Of a stretch of DNA of 64,000 nt, positions 37,057 through 45,371 are shown piece after piece. Origin of the DNA: a virus. The notes beneath the pieces were generated by a model, which was not told the DNA's origin, made no database searches, and saw only the letters and a program-made list of their open reading frames with translations. A program made the translations under genes and the position numbers. Each line of letters opens with the position of its first letter. Positions within the stretch are counted from its first letter, which is position 1. Location of the stretch: positions 60,492 to 124,491 of the IMG/VR virus record IMGVR_UViG_3300036818_000105, one strand, 5' to 3'.

Positions 37057-37289
37057 GCGGCCGACTTCCCGCCCGTGCTCGCGGGCGACTCCGGGAGCGC
37101 CCTGAACCAGCGGATCACCTCGGGCCACTCGTAGCGGGCCTCCCTGCCGACGATCCGGTATTTCGGCCCCTTGCCCTGCGAGCGCCAGTTGGCCAGGGTC
37201 TTCTCCGCCTGCTTCAGGTACTTCGCGACTTCGGCCGGGGTGGCGAGGGACTCGTGCCCCTCCTCCGCGCCGGCTTCCCCTGCGGTCAT
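37053..37289 (-). CDS. Excisionase/Cro-like HTH protein
   Basis: TPAEVAKYL.....TLANWRSQGKGPKY..VG...RY; divergent from the repressor. Confidence 0.8.
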   Translation of the reverse strand: MTAGEAGAEEGHESLATPAEVAKYLKQAEKTLANWRSQGKGPKYRIVGREARYEWPEVIRWFRALPESPASTGGKSAA

Positions 37290-37401
37290 CCGTCCTCCCG
37301 TTCCTTCGATTATGGAAGGATAGCTTCGGAAATGGAAAGTATGTATCGGGATCATACGGGAAGAGTTGCGGCCTTGTCGACCTGGATGCTTTACTGCCGT
37401 C

Positions 37402-38070
37402 ATGGCAGCACGAGTAATGGAGCCGGGCCCGAGCAGCCGCCGCGCCGCGGCGAACCTCCGGCGCATCCGGCAAGAGCGCGGGCTCTCCTACGCGGAGCTC
37501 GCCCGGCGGCTGGCGAAGACCGGGCACCCCATCCTCGACACGGGCCTCCTCAAGATCGAGAAGGGGGAAAGGCGCATCGACGTAGACGACCTCGCCGCCC
37601 TGGCCGTCGCCCTTGACGTGACGCCCAACCGGCTGCTGCTGCCCGAGATGGACATCGAGCACGCGGCGGACCCGGCCCGGCTCACGCCCTCCGTGCAGGA
37701 GACTCCCCCGGCACTCTGGGCGTGGGCGACCGGGGAGGCGCCGCTCGGCCAGTCGCCCGCCACGGCTGCCGCGGAAAGCGATGAGCGGGCCCGGGAGGTC
37801 GTTTTCAGCCGGGAGAACAGGCCGCACCGCTGGGCGGTGCCGCCGCCTCCCCGCACGGCCGGGCAGAGCGTGACCCTGACGGGCCTGGCCGCGCTCGTCG
37901 CCGACGCGTTCCGGCAGGGGATCAGCACCGACGGGATCCGCTCGGCGGTCGAGGGCGGAATCGTCGCGGCCCTCTCCTCATTCGCGCCCGCGAGCGGGGC
38001 AACCAAGATAGAGGTCACCAGCGACGGCAAGGTCACCGTGCGGCTGAACTACGCAGGGGAGGCCGGGTGA
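37402..38070 (+). CDS. XRE-family immunity repressor
   Basis: NLRRIRQERGLSYAELA...KIEKGERRIDVDDL.ALA.ALDV.PN.LL; coupled to the integrase. Confidence 0.85.
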   Translation: MAARVMEPGPSSRRAAANLRRIRQERGLSYAELARRLAKTGHPILDTGLLKIEKGERRIDVDDLAALAVALDVTPNRLLLPEMDIEHAADPARLTPSVQETPPALWAWATGEAPLGQSPATAAAESDERAREVVFSRENRPHRWAVPPPPRTAGQSVTLTGLAALVADAFRQGISTDGIRSAVEGGIVAALSSFAPASGATKIEVTSDGKVTVRLNYAGEAG

Positions 38071-39401
38071 CGATCTACGACAGGTGGCACAAGTCCCACC
38101 CCGGGCCGGACGAGGAAGAGTGCCGCAGGCACCGGATGGTCCCGGCCGCCCAGCACCTCCGGGGCGACCGCTGGCAGGTCCGCTGGCGCGACCTGAACGG
38201 GAAGCAGAAGAAGAAGAACTTCGCCAAGAAGGAGGGCGGCAACCCTGACCTCCACGCGGACGCGTTCGAGGCGAAGATCGCGGCCGAGCTCGACGCGGGG
38301 ACCTACGCCGACCCCAGGAGCGGCGACTCGACGTTCGAGGAGTACGCCGAGGCGTGGCGCGCGGCCCGGACCCACGGCGAGACGACCAGCGTCGGCGTGG
38401 AGTACCAGTTCCGGCTCCACGTTTACGCCGACCCGGGCAACCCTGGCCGCACCAGGCGCCACGGCGGCCCGGCGCTCGGGCACAACAAGCTCCGGGACCT
38501 GGCCAGGCGCCCGAGCCTGTGCCAGAACTGGATCGCCGGCATGAAGCTGATGGACTCCACCAAGGTCAAGGTGATCGACCACGTCTCGGAGGTCTTCGCC
38601 GCCGCCGTGGAGGACGGCTTCATCCCGCGCAACCCGCTTCACGCCAAGTCCGTCAGCCGCCCCAAGGCACCCAGGCGGGAGCCGGACCTGCTGACGCTCC
38701 CCGAGCTAGAGGCGCTGTCGCTCGCGCTGCGCCACATGCCCGGCTGCAAGGACGGCTGCGACCAGTGCGGCCCGTCGCGGTACGAGGTACTGCCCTACCT
38801 CGGCGCGGCGACCGGCGAGCGCCAGGGCGAGATGTTCGCGATCGACGCGGACAAGGACATCGACTTCCTGCGCAAGACGCTCCACGTCCGGCGGCAGGTG
38901 AAGATCATCCACGGGAAGCAGGTCTTCGCGCCGATCAAGAACGACAAGGTCCACTCCGTTCCGCTGACGGACGAGGACTGCGTGATGCTGTCGGAGTACA
39001 TACGGGCCTACCCTCCGGAGAAGGTGACGCTCCCCTGGGTCAGGGCCGGCGGCGGCCCGGTGACGTTCACGCTGCTGCTGTCGCGCGGCCCGGGGCTGCC
39101 GATGCACCGCAAGATGGTCAACGGCCGGTGGAAGGCGGCCCTGCGCCGCGCGGGCATCGCCGCGGACCGCTATCACATGATGCACATCACGCGCCACATA
39201 TTCGTGTCCGCGTGCCTGTCGGCCGGGATCAGCGTCCGGGCGGTCGCGGAGTTCATCGGCGACACCGAGGTAACCGTCCAGGCGACCTACTCGCACATGA
39301 TGCCGGACGACCGCGACCGCGCCCGGAGGGCCAAGGGGCAGTTCTTCGCCCGCCCGGACGAGGGGCACTTGAGTGCGCCTCATCTTTCAAAAGTGCCCTA
39401 G
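38067..39401 (+). CDS. int: Tyrosine integrase
   Basis: TGERQGE (R), IKND (K), HITRH, G..VRAVAEFIGD, TYSH (Y). Confidence 0.92.
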   Translation: MTIYDRWHKSHPGPDEEECRRHRMVPAAQHLRGDRWQVRWRDLNGKQKKKNFAKKEGGNPDLHADAFEAKIAAELDAGTYADPRSGDSTFEEYAEAWRAARTHGETTSVGVEYQFRLHVYADPGNPGRTRRHGGPALGHNKLRDLARRPSLCQNWIAGMKLMDSTKVKVIDHVSEVFAAAVEDGFIPRNPLHAKSVSRPKAPRREPDLLTLPELEALSLALRHMPGCKDGCDQCGPSRYEVLPYLGAATGERQGEMFAIDADKDIDFLRKTLHVRRQVKIIHGKQVFAPIKNDKVHSVPLTDEDCVMLSEYIRAYPPEKVTLPWVRAGGGPVTFTLLLSRGPGLPMHRKMVNGRWKAALRRAGIAADRYHMMHITRHIFVSACLSAGISVRAVAEFIGDTEVTVQATYSHMMPDDRDRARRAKGQFFARPDEGHLSAPHLSKVP

Positions 39402-39708
39402 ATGTGCCCTCCGGGCACCTTCGGGAGCCGTGAGGGACCTCCGGGACGGGACGGGAAGGCTATCCGGTCAGCCGAGCTCCAGGCCAACGGGGCAGGTCAC
39501 GCCGGTGCTGTGATCCGGGCAGTAGCCGTGCGGGACCTTGTAGAGGTACTGCTGGTGGTAGTCCTCGGCGAAGTAGCACCAGCCGGGGAGCCTTGCTGGT
39601 CGCGCTCTCGGGTGAGGCGTATGACCTGGTCAAAGGCTTAAAGATCTTTCCCGGCCCTTCCCGATCGACAATGACTCTTCCCGACCTCATGTGACCCAGA
39701 TGTGCCCT
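39391..39708. other. attP region with arm-type repeats
   Basis: AAGTGCCCTAGATGTGCCCT (39391-39410) and ATGTGACCCAGATGTGCCCT (39689-39708) flank a host-gene fragment just after int. Confidence 0.75.
39468..39575 (-). pseudogene. msrA: 3' fragment of methionine sulfoxide reductase A carried in attP
   Basis: Translates as [35 protein letters not shown], the conserved MsrA C-terminus. Confidence 0.88.
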
Positions 39709-39871
39709 CGCCTGCCCCCCGGGCGGACGGGGCGGCCTTGGGGCGGGTCGGCTCCCGCCGCGCCTCGCCATGAAGCGGCGGCTGTACACGCGCAGCGCGG
39801 CGCGCTATCGCCGCCTCCCGGCGACGGTCGACTACGCTCGCTAGCCCGCAAGGACAGCCGGCACCGGTCAG

Positions 39872-40126
39872 TCAGAACGGCATGTCGCCCGGCGCCGGCT
39901 CCCCGTACTTCTCCCTCGCCGCGTCCGCGCTCGTCCCGGTCGCCTCGCCGATCGACTCCCAGCCGATGCCGAGCATCCGCGCGTAACGGACGATGGCCAG
40001 CTCCCGCCCGTCAAGCTCGGCGCGGGCCGCCGGTATCCCGCGCACAAGGGTCATGTGCCGCTCCCGCTCGCGCGCGACGAGCTCAGCGTCCTCGTCGGCA
40101 AAGTAGAAGTCCCCGCAACGGCCCAT
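39872..40126 (-). CDS. Small HTH-like protein
   Basis: VRYARMLGIGWESIGEATGTS..AAREKYG. Confidence 0.6.
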   Translation of the reverse strand: MGRCGDFYFADEDAELVARERERHMTLVRGIPAARAELDGRELAIVRYARMLGIGWESIGEATGTSADAAREKYGEPAPGDMPF

Positions 40127-40193
40127 GCCTCATGCTAGCCGCGTCATGCGAACTAGCGTGAGTAGTGAGCATGTGCCCCGCTACGCTTGTCCC

Positions 40194-40364
40194 GTGACCA
40201 CCGAGCTGCTTGTCCCGGCCTCCGCCGTGGCGGACCTCCGCATGATCCCCCTGTCGGAGATGCCAGCCCTGGGCCTTGACGACCTGGGAAGGATGATCGA
40301 GAGGGTGCTGCCGTACGATACCAGTCTCCGGGTCCGGGAGCGGACGTTCCAGTCGTCGATTTAG
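40194..40364 (+). CDS. FxSxx-COOH (FxsA-like) RiPP precursor peptide, leaderless
   Basis: DL..IPLSEM......L...IERVL leader and C-terminal FQSSI*; -10 TACGCT 6 nt before the GTG. Confidence 0.72.
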   Translation: MTTELLVPASAVADLRMIPLSEMPALGLDDLGRMIERVLPYDTSLRVRERTFQSSI

Positions 40365-40445
40365 AGGGTCAGGAACCCGTCACGGTGACGGATTGAATCC
40401 GCCTTTCCCTCACAGGCTCACCGGGCCGCAGCTCCCAGCTAACTC

Positions 40446-40712
40446 CTAGTCCGGCCGGGACTTGAAGCTGACGGCCGGGGCGACGCGGAGCCTCCCCGTC
40501 ATCGCGAGGGCGACCAGGCCGTCGACCCAGTTCCCCTCACCGATGACCTCAACGCCGAGAATGGTTCCGTCCGCGCCGGTGTCGACCCAGATGCTCTCGG
40601 TTGCCTCGATCGTGCGGGCGACGCTGCCGTCCGGTATGCCGCCGGGGGCGAGGATGGCGTAGCTTGCCCCGGCCCCGGGGTCATGCTCGGCGCCGGGGTA
40701 GCTGACGTTCAT
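40446..40712 (-). CDS. DUF2283-like protein
   Basis: HDP.A.ASY..L...VARTIE....WVD..ADG.ILGVEVI; ORF is open further upstream. Confidence 0.6.
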   Translation of the reverse strand: MNVSYPGAEHDPGAGASYAILAPGGIPDGSVARTIEATESIWVDTGADGTILGVEVIGEGNWVDGLVALAMTGRLRVAPAVSFKSRPD

Positions 40713-41023
40713 GAAGACGAGCCTAGGGCGCGAGTTGACAGGGTGGCAGATGAAGGTGCACCGCTCGCCGCACGACGGCGACCCGTTGCACCCGTGCTCG
40801 CAGTCGCTCAGGTCGTAGAGCGGGCCGAGGGTGGCGAGGTGCTCGAGGTCGGGCTCCGGGTGCAGTTCCCCGTCGATCTCCGCAGCGAGCTCGCGGGCCT
40901 CGAGGCGCTTCGCCTTCCGCGTGCCGACCGATCCGCCTCCGGAGCAGTCCGGGCCGGGAGGGAGTCCCGAACGGGTACCGGGACAGCAACCCGGCGTTTG
41001 GTAACGGCCGAGGAGACGGGCCA

Positions 41024-41194
41024 TCAGTCATCGCCCCACTGGCCGACGTCGTGGCGGCTGATGCGCTTTCCCTTCCGCGAGGGGAAGGCCTTGCGCGCCG
41101 GGTAGGGCATCCGCTCGGCGTCGCCGTTGCCCGCGATCTTGTGGGGCTTGCACATCGGGCAGCCCTTCCAGCGGCGGTTGCTCGTGCGCGCCAT
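41024..41194 (-). CDS. Small basic CxxCKPHK protein
   Basis: GGAGG + ATG; GCPMCKPHK..GN. Confidence 0.6.
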   Translation of the reverse strand: MARTSNRRWKGCPMCKPHKIAGNGDAERMPYPARKAFPSRKGKRISRHDVGQWGDD

Positions 41195-41329
41195 CGGTAC
41201 CTCCCGGAAGCGTTTTACCCGGCGGCCTCGCGCCTCTCCGTCGCGGTGGATCGGGTCCGTCCCCGTCGGCGGGGCACTCGAGGCCGCCTTGAGCGCCCGA
41301 TCGGTTGCTGACGTCAAGATTATCGCCGA

Positions 41330-41583
41330 AGAGAAGCGGAACCCGGCCGTCTCGAAGTCGGCCGGGTTCCGTTAAAGCCGGCCCATGCGTCCGGCACTGC
41401 CGGCTTGCAAGCCAGGCTGTCAACCGCGACCAGCGTACACCGGGGGCGCGGTGCCGGGCCAGAGTCAACCGGCCCGGCACCCGCCTGATGCGGCGGGGAG
41501 GCAGGGGCCGACTTCTGAGCTGTCGGCGCTCCGGCGGTGCCGTAGTCCCACCCCTGAAAACGTCTCCCCTAACGGGAATCCTG
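41330..41583 (-). ncRNA. Candidate structured ncRNA of about 250 nt
   Basis: -10 TAGGCT (41590-41595), multiple GC stems, terminator, no credible ORF. Confidence 0.45.
41337..41371 (-). terminator. Intrinsic terminator
   Basis: CGGAACCCGGCCG/CGGCCGGGTTCCG 13-bp stem followed by CTTCTCTT on the minus strand. Confidence 0.7.
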
Positions 41584-41619
41584 CGGGCTAGCCTAGCGCG
41601 TCTCGCGTGAAGCGATTCA

Positions 41620-41874
41620 CTACACGCTGCACGCACCTTCCGGCCGAGCGGGGGGAATGAGCCGCCAGTACACGGACTGCACGTCGGGCAGCCTGATCCG
41701 CTCGGCTTCACCGCGGTTCTCCATACGGCGGAGCATCCGGTAGACGGCCGGGTCGTAGCGGCGGCTGACGCGCTCGGCGACAGTGAGCGTCGGAACCGGG
41801 AGCGGGTACTCAAGGACCAGGACGGCACGGACGAGGGCGGCTATGCGCATGCTGGCGGCCGTCAGTGCGGCCAT
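41620..41874 (-). CDS. Small wHTH-like protein
   Basis: VYRMLRRME.RGE.ER.......VYWRL. Confidence 0.55.
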   Translation of the reverse strand: MAALTAASMRIAALVRAVLVLEYPLPVPTLTVAERVSRRYDPAVYRMLRRMENRGEAERIRLPDVQSVYWRLIPPARPEGACSV

Positions 41875-42170
41875 GATGCGTCCTCGCCCAGGGGTGGCAT
41901 CCGGATAACCGCGTGCTCGCGGTCGCCGTGCGCCAGGGCTTCCCAGTCCACCCGCGCGCCGGGCTTGTCCGCCTCCGCGTGCGCCCGCTCGTAGCTGTCG
42001 CGGCCGAGGTACCACAGCGGGCACCCCTTCCCGTCATCGCGGAAGCGGATGCCCTCGCGGTGCTCGAACGTGAAGGAGTAGCTCATGTGCCGGGGCGCGC
42101 CGTCAGGGTCGACCCGGTCGGCGAGGCAGCGGAGCCACCAGGCGAGGCGCTTACTCGCAGCCCGGGTCAT
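41862..42170 (-). CDS. Hypothetical protein
   Basis: Coupled overlaps in the leftward operon. Confidence 0.55.
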   Translation of the reverse strand: MTRAASKRLAWWLRCLADRVDPDGAPRHMSYSFTFEHREGIRFRDDGKGCPLWYLGRDSYERAHAEADKPGARVDWEALAHGDREHAVIRMPPLGEDASWPH

Positions 42171-42445
42171 CTGCCGACCTCGCGTGCCAGCCATGCGCGC
42201 CCGGCGCCCGTGATCTTCCACGTGAGCATGGGCCCCCCGTGGCCGTGCTGGCTTACCTTGCCGGACACTTCGACTTTCCCCGGCGCCTCCAGCCGGCGCA
42301 GCATTTGCAGGGCTTTCTTGCGGGGGGCGGTTACCGCGAGAGGCCCCGTGAAGCATGCCTCCGCGACCTCGGCCGTGGACATGCTGCCCGGCGCGCTCGC
42401 AAGGGCGCGCAGTACCGGCAGCTCGCGGTTGATGCGGACGGTCAC
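42167..42445 (-). CDS. Winged-helix protein
   Basis: MSTAEVA...L.RLE..G.V...WKIT.AGR. Confidence 0.6.
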   Translation of the reverse strand: MTVRINRELPVLRALASAPGSMSTAEVAEACFTGPLAVTAPRKKALQMLRRLEAPGKVEVSGKVSQHGHGGPMLTWKITGAGRAWLAREVGR

Positions 42446-42801
42446 GATGCCCGCCCTTCCCGTTCAACCTGCCCGGTCCACGGCAGGTGCAGGCCGTCAC
42501 CTTCCTTGCGCGGGATTACGTGCCAGTGCAAATGGAAAACAGATTGCGTGGCCCAGCTCCCGGCCGAGGTGATCAGGTTGAAGTCATCGAGTTCCATCAG
42601 CCCGGCGAGCACCGCGGCGAACGCGGCAGCCTTTCCGGTAGCCGCAGGCGAGATCGAGGCGGTGGCAACGTGCCTGCGCGGGACCACGAGGAAGTGGCCC
42701 GGCGTTACCGGGTGGAGCGGCCGGAACGCCACGTTGTAGCGGTCGTCGTAGTCGTACTCGCCGCGCTCGACCCGGCCGCAGAACACGCAGTCGTCAGCCA
42801 C
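42442..42801 (-). CDS. HIT family nucleotide hydrolase
   Basis: DCVFC, P.TPGHFLVVPRRH, ATQSVFHLHWHVIPR. Confidence 0.9.
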   Translation of the reverse strand: MADDCVFCGRVERGEYDYDDRYNVAFRPLHPVTPGHFLVVPRRHVATASISPAATGKAAAFAAVLAGLMELDDFNLITSAGSWATQSVFHLHWHVIPRKEGDGLHLPWTGQVEREGRAS

Positions 42802-43186
42802 GGTCCCCCCTCATCATCTCGCTCACCCTTTGCATCCTGTAGACCTCCAGGCCGTGCGCGGCCATCCACGCGGCAGCCTCAGCCTCGCGGCCCTCCGGCA
42901 GGTACACCGACATGCGCCACAGGTCGTGGCCCTCGTGGTCCTCAAGCCTTCCGTCCTCGCCGGCCACGCCGAAGTCCGCGCGCCCGGCCAGGGCAAGCAG
43001 CTCAGTGAGCGGGATGCCGTAGGCCGCGCCGAGCCGGATCAGCACCGTGAGGCCGGGGTTCCGGATCGCGCCCGTCTCCACCTGCGAGACGTGCGCGTTC
43101 GGGACTCCCGATTGCCGCCCGGCCTTACGGAGCGTCCAGCCCTTCGCCTTGCGGGCGGCCTTCAGGCGGGGGCCTAGGTCAGTCAT
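42794..43186 (-). CDS. XRE HTH protein
   Basis: LKAARKAKGWTL...SQVETG.IRNPG. Confidence 0.75.
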   Translation of the reverse strand: MTDLGPRLKAARKAKGWTLRKAGRQSGVPNAHVSQVETGAIRNPGLTVLIRLGAAYGIPLTELLALAGRADFGVAGEDGRLEDHEGHDLWRMSVYLPEGREAEAAAWMAAHGLEVYRMQRVSEMMRGDRG

Positions 43187-43667
43187 GCCATTCCCCCGGC
43201 GGCCGCGTCTCGCCCCGCAGCCAGAACAGGGCCGGGTCGGTCGCAATCCGCCGCTCCAGCCCGTCCGGCACGTCAGCCGGGTAAATCGCGTCCAGCAGCT
43301 CCGCCGCCACGGCCCGCGCCTGGTCGACCCACGGTTCCGGGAGGCCCGGGGTGCCGGCATGGTCGCAGCCGGTGCACGAGCACGGGGCGTTGCAGTACTT
43401 ACAGGTCTTGCGGCAGGCGCCGTGCTCCTCGTGGAAGCAGGCCGTCGACACGTAGGCGTGCGGCGGCGCAGGCGCGGTCCCGGTCATCTCCGTCACCTTC
43501 CGTTCGGCGCACGGTTCTGCGAGGTGCGCCGGCCCGAGCTCAGGGTCTCCGGTAAAAGCATGGCACCTGGAGCAGTAGCGGTGAGCGATGTCCTCGGGGT
43601 GGCTTGAGGTCGCACCGCAGCAGGGGCAGGTGAAGGCGGCCCGCGTCGCGTCCGTCATGCCCGTCAT
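43179..43667 (-). CDS. Cys-rich Zn-finger protein
   Basis: CPCC, YCSRCH, YVSTACFH..H..C...CKYC..PC.C. Confidence 0.6.
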   Translation of the reverse strand: MTGMTDATRAAFTCPCCGATSSHPEDIAHRYCSRCHAFTGDPELGPAHLAEPCAERKVTEMTGTAPAPPHAYVSTACFHEEHGACRKTCKYCNAPCSCTGCDHAGTPGLPEPWVDQARAVAAELLDAIYPADVPDGLERRIATDPALFWLRGETRPPGEWHD

Positions 43668-43745
43668 TCTCCCGCCTCCCCGGCGATCTCCGTTGCGTAG
43701 TACGCCGGCATCGGCTCAGGCCCGATGATCACGGCCGCCGCGCCC

Positions 43746-44255
43746 TCAGCGATTCCCATCGTCCGGCCTCGTCTCTCCCGTTGGGGGATCGTCCGCCAGC
43801 CTCCACGGCCCGGCCGGGACCTCGGGCGTGCGGACGATCAGCTCAGCGCCGAACTCGGCCCGGTTCTCCCTCAAGCTCGCGACCACGGTACGGGCGTCTT
43901 CCTCGCTAGGACGGGGGACCTCGTTGACGCCGCCGATCTCGAAGCGGACGCCCCACTCGATCGCGGCGCTGTCGCCAACCTGGATCCAGATTCCGGGCGC
44001 GATCTCGCAGCGCCCGCCCTCGGCCCTGGCCATCTTCGCGGCGGTTCGCGGGGCAATGCCGGCACCAACCAGCCTCCCTATCAGGACAGCCACCTGTCGT
44101 TCCCCTGCGTCCCAGACCCGGTACCGGCCACCCTGCCGCCACGAGCAGCGCAGCAGGCCCTCGCGCGTCCAGAAATCGAGCTGGCGGTAGGTGATGCCGG
44201 CCTCGGCGGTCAGCTCGGGCGCGGCGATGACGTGCTCGTCGTCAGCCTCAGGCAT
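43746..44255 (-). CDS. MerR-family HTH protein
   Basis: AGITYRQLDFWTREGLL. Confidence 0.75.
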   Translation of the reverse strand: MPEADDEHVIAAPELTAEAGITYRQLDFWTREGLLRCSWRQGGRYRVWDAGERQVAVLIGRLVGAGIAPRTAAKMARAEGGRCEIAPGIWIQVGDSAAIEWGVRFEIGGVNEVPRPSEEDARTVVASLRENRAEFGAELIVRTPEVPAGPWRLADDPPTGETRPDDGNR

Positions 44256-44535
44256 CGGGGGCCTCCGGGGTGAGCCGGGCAGCCCGGCGGATGATCCCCG
44301 CCAGCACCGCGCAGGTAGCCGGCTCCGAGTACGCCACCCCCGCGAGGACCCGCTCGTCGTACGCGCCCAGTTCCACGCCGGCCGCCTCGCACGCCGCCAT
44401 GAGCACGGCGAGGTTGTGGGGCCGCATCTTGCCGGGCCCGGGGTCGGCATCGAAGGCGGCGTAAACGGCGCGGACGGCAGGCGAGTTGCCGGCGGAGCGC
44501 TCCGATTCGAAGGGGCCGTACTCGTTATCGTCCAC
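44248..44535 (-). CDS. Hypothetical protein
   Basis: AGVELGAYDERVL motif; coupled overlaps. Confidence 0.6.
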   Translation of the reverse strand: MDDNEYGPFESERSAGNSPAVRAVYAAFDADPGPGKMRPHNLAVLMAACEAAGVELGAYDERVLAGVAYSEPATCAVLAGIIRRAARLTPEAPDA

Positions 44536-45040
44536 CAGAAACCTCCTGCCCCAGTCCGTGCAGCCAGTCGCGGGCCGTGGCCGCATGCTTTTCGGTAAGC
44601 CCCTCGCCCTCGTCCACGCGGACGACGAGGTGCGGCTGTTCGCCCGCAAGCGGGGCTGTAACCTCGGCCGCGTCGGGCTCGTCGTCGAACCACACGAACG
44701 GCCGCCCGGCGGTCCACGGGACGATCCCGTTCGCCTTGTGCGGGAAGTCCGCCACGGGCGCTACCGGCAGCCTGGGCAAGCCGAGCAGCGGGCCGACGAC
44801 AAGGTTCGCGTACTCTTCCCAGGTCGTTCCCCAGGCAAGCTCCGCGCCGGTCTCCCGTGCCAGCCGTGACAGCAGAGGGCCGCTAGCCGGGTTGAAGAAC
44901 AGGCGGAAGGTCCCGACGCCGAGTTCCACGCGCCTTTGCTGCCAGCCCTCGTGGAAGCAGAGGCGGCGGCGTTCCTTCGAGGTCGCGATGACGTTCAGCA
45001 CGCCGTCGACGTCGACGAGGATCAGGGGACGGTCAGGCAT
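44525..45040 (-). CDS. HAD-superfamily phosphatase (Swiss-army-knife RNA-repair-like HAD)
   Basis: LVDVDGVLN, W.TTWE..AN, PFVWFDDE, V....GLT. Confidence 0.82.
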   Translation of the reverse strand: MPDRPLILVDVDGVLNVIATSKERRRLCFHEGWQQRRVELGVGTFRLFFNPASGPLLSRLARETGAELAWGTTWEEYANLVVGPLLGLPRLPVAPVADFPHKANGIVPWTAGRPFVWFDDEPDAAEVTAPLAGEQPHLVVRVDEGEGLTEKHAATARDWLHGLGQEVSGGR

Positions 45041-45371
45041 CGTTCGCCTCCGGGGTGAGCCGGGCAGCCTCAGCGGGCAGGCCCAGCAGGATCGTCACGC
45101 AAGCGCGCCCCTTGGACGTGAGCGTGTAGCCGAACCGCAGGTGCTCCGCGGATCCCTCGTGCCGCTCCCGGTCTGCCCAGCCGAGCCGCTCAAGCCTCGC
45201 CAGGACGACGCAGACGGCTCCCGGGCCGGCCTGGGCCAGTTGCGACAGCGGGTAGCCGGAGAGGCCGTCTGCGGCGAGCAGGGCGACCATGATGCGCTTG
45301 TGGGCGCGGGGGACCCGGGGCCTGCCGTACAGGCGGCGGTTGCGGTCGCGGGCGGTCTCAGGCACCGTCAT
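45033..45371 (-). CDS. PadR-like winged-helix protein
   Basis: SGYPL......G.V...LARLE..GW...YTLTSKG. Confidence 0.7.
   Translation of the reverse strand: MTVPETARDRNRRLYGRPRVPRAHKRIMVALLAADGLSGYPLSQLAQAGPGAVCVVLARLERLGWADRERHEGSAEHLRFGYTLTSKGRACVTILLGLPAEAARLTPEANDA

Noticed and set aside
39402-39641. Plus-strand 79-aa ORF after the integrase
   Set aside because: It is the antisense of the msrA fragment within attP
40930-41020. Additional structured RNA upstream of the DUF2283 ORF
   Set aside because: Only short GC stems, expected by chance at this GC content; the start of the ORF is unresolved
41221-41302. HDV-like ribozyme
   Set aside because: P1/P2 order fits, but the P3/L3, P1.1 GG and J4/2 catalytic C pattern is not evident
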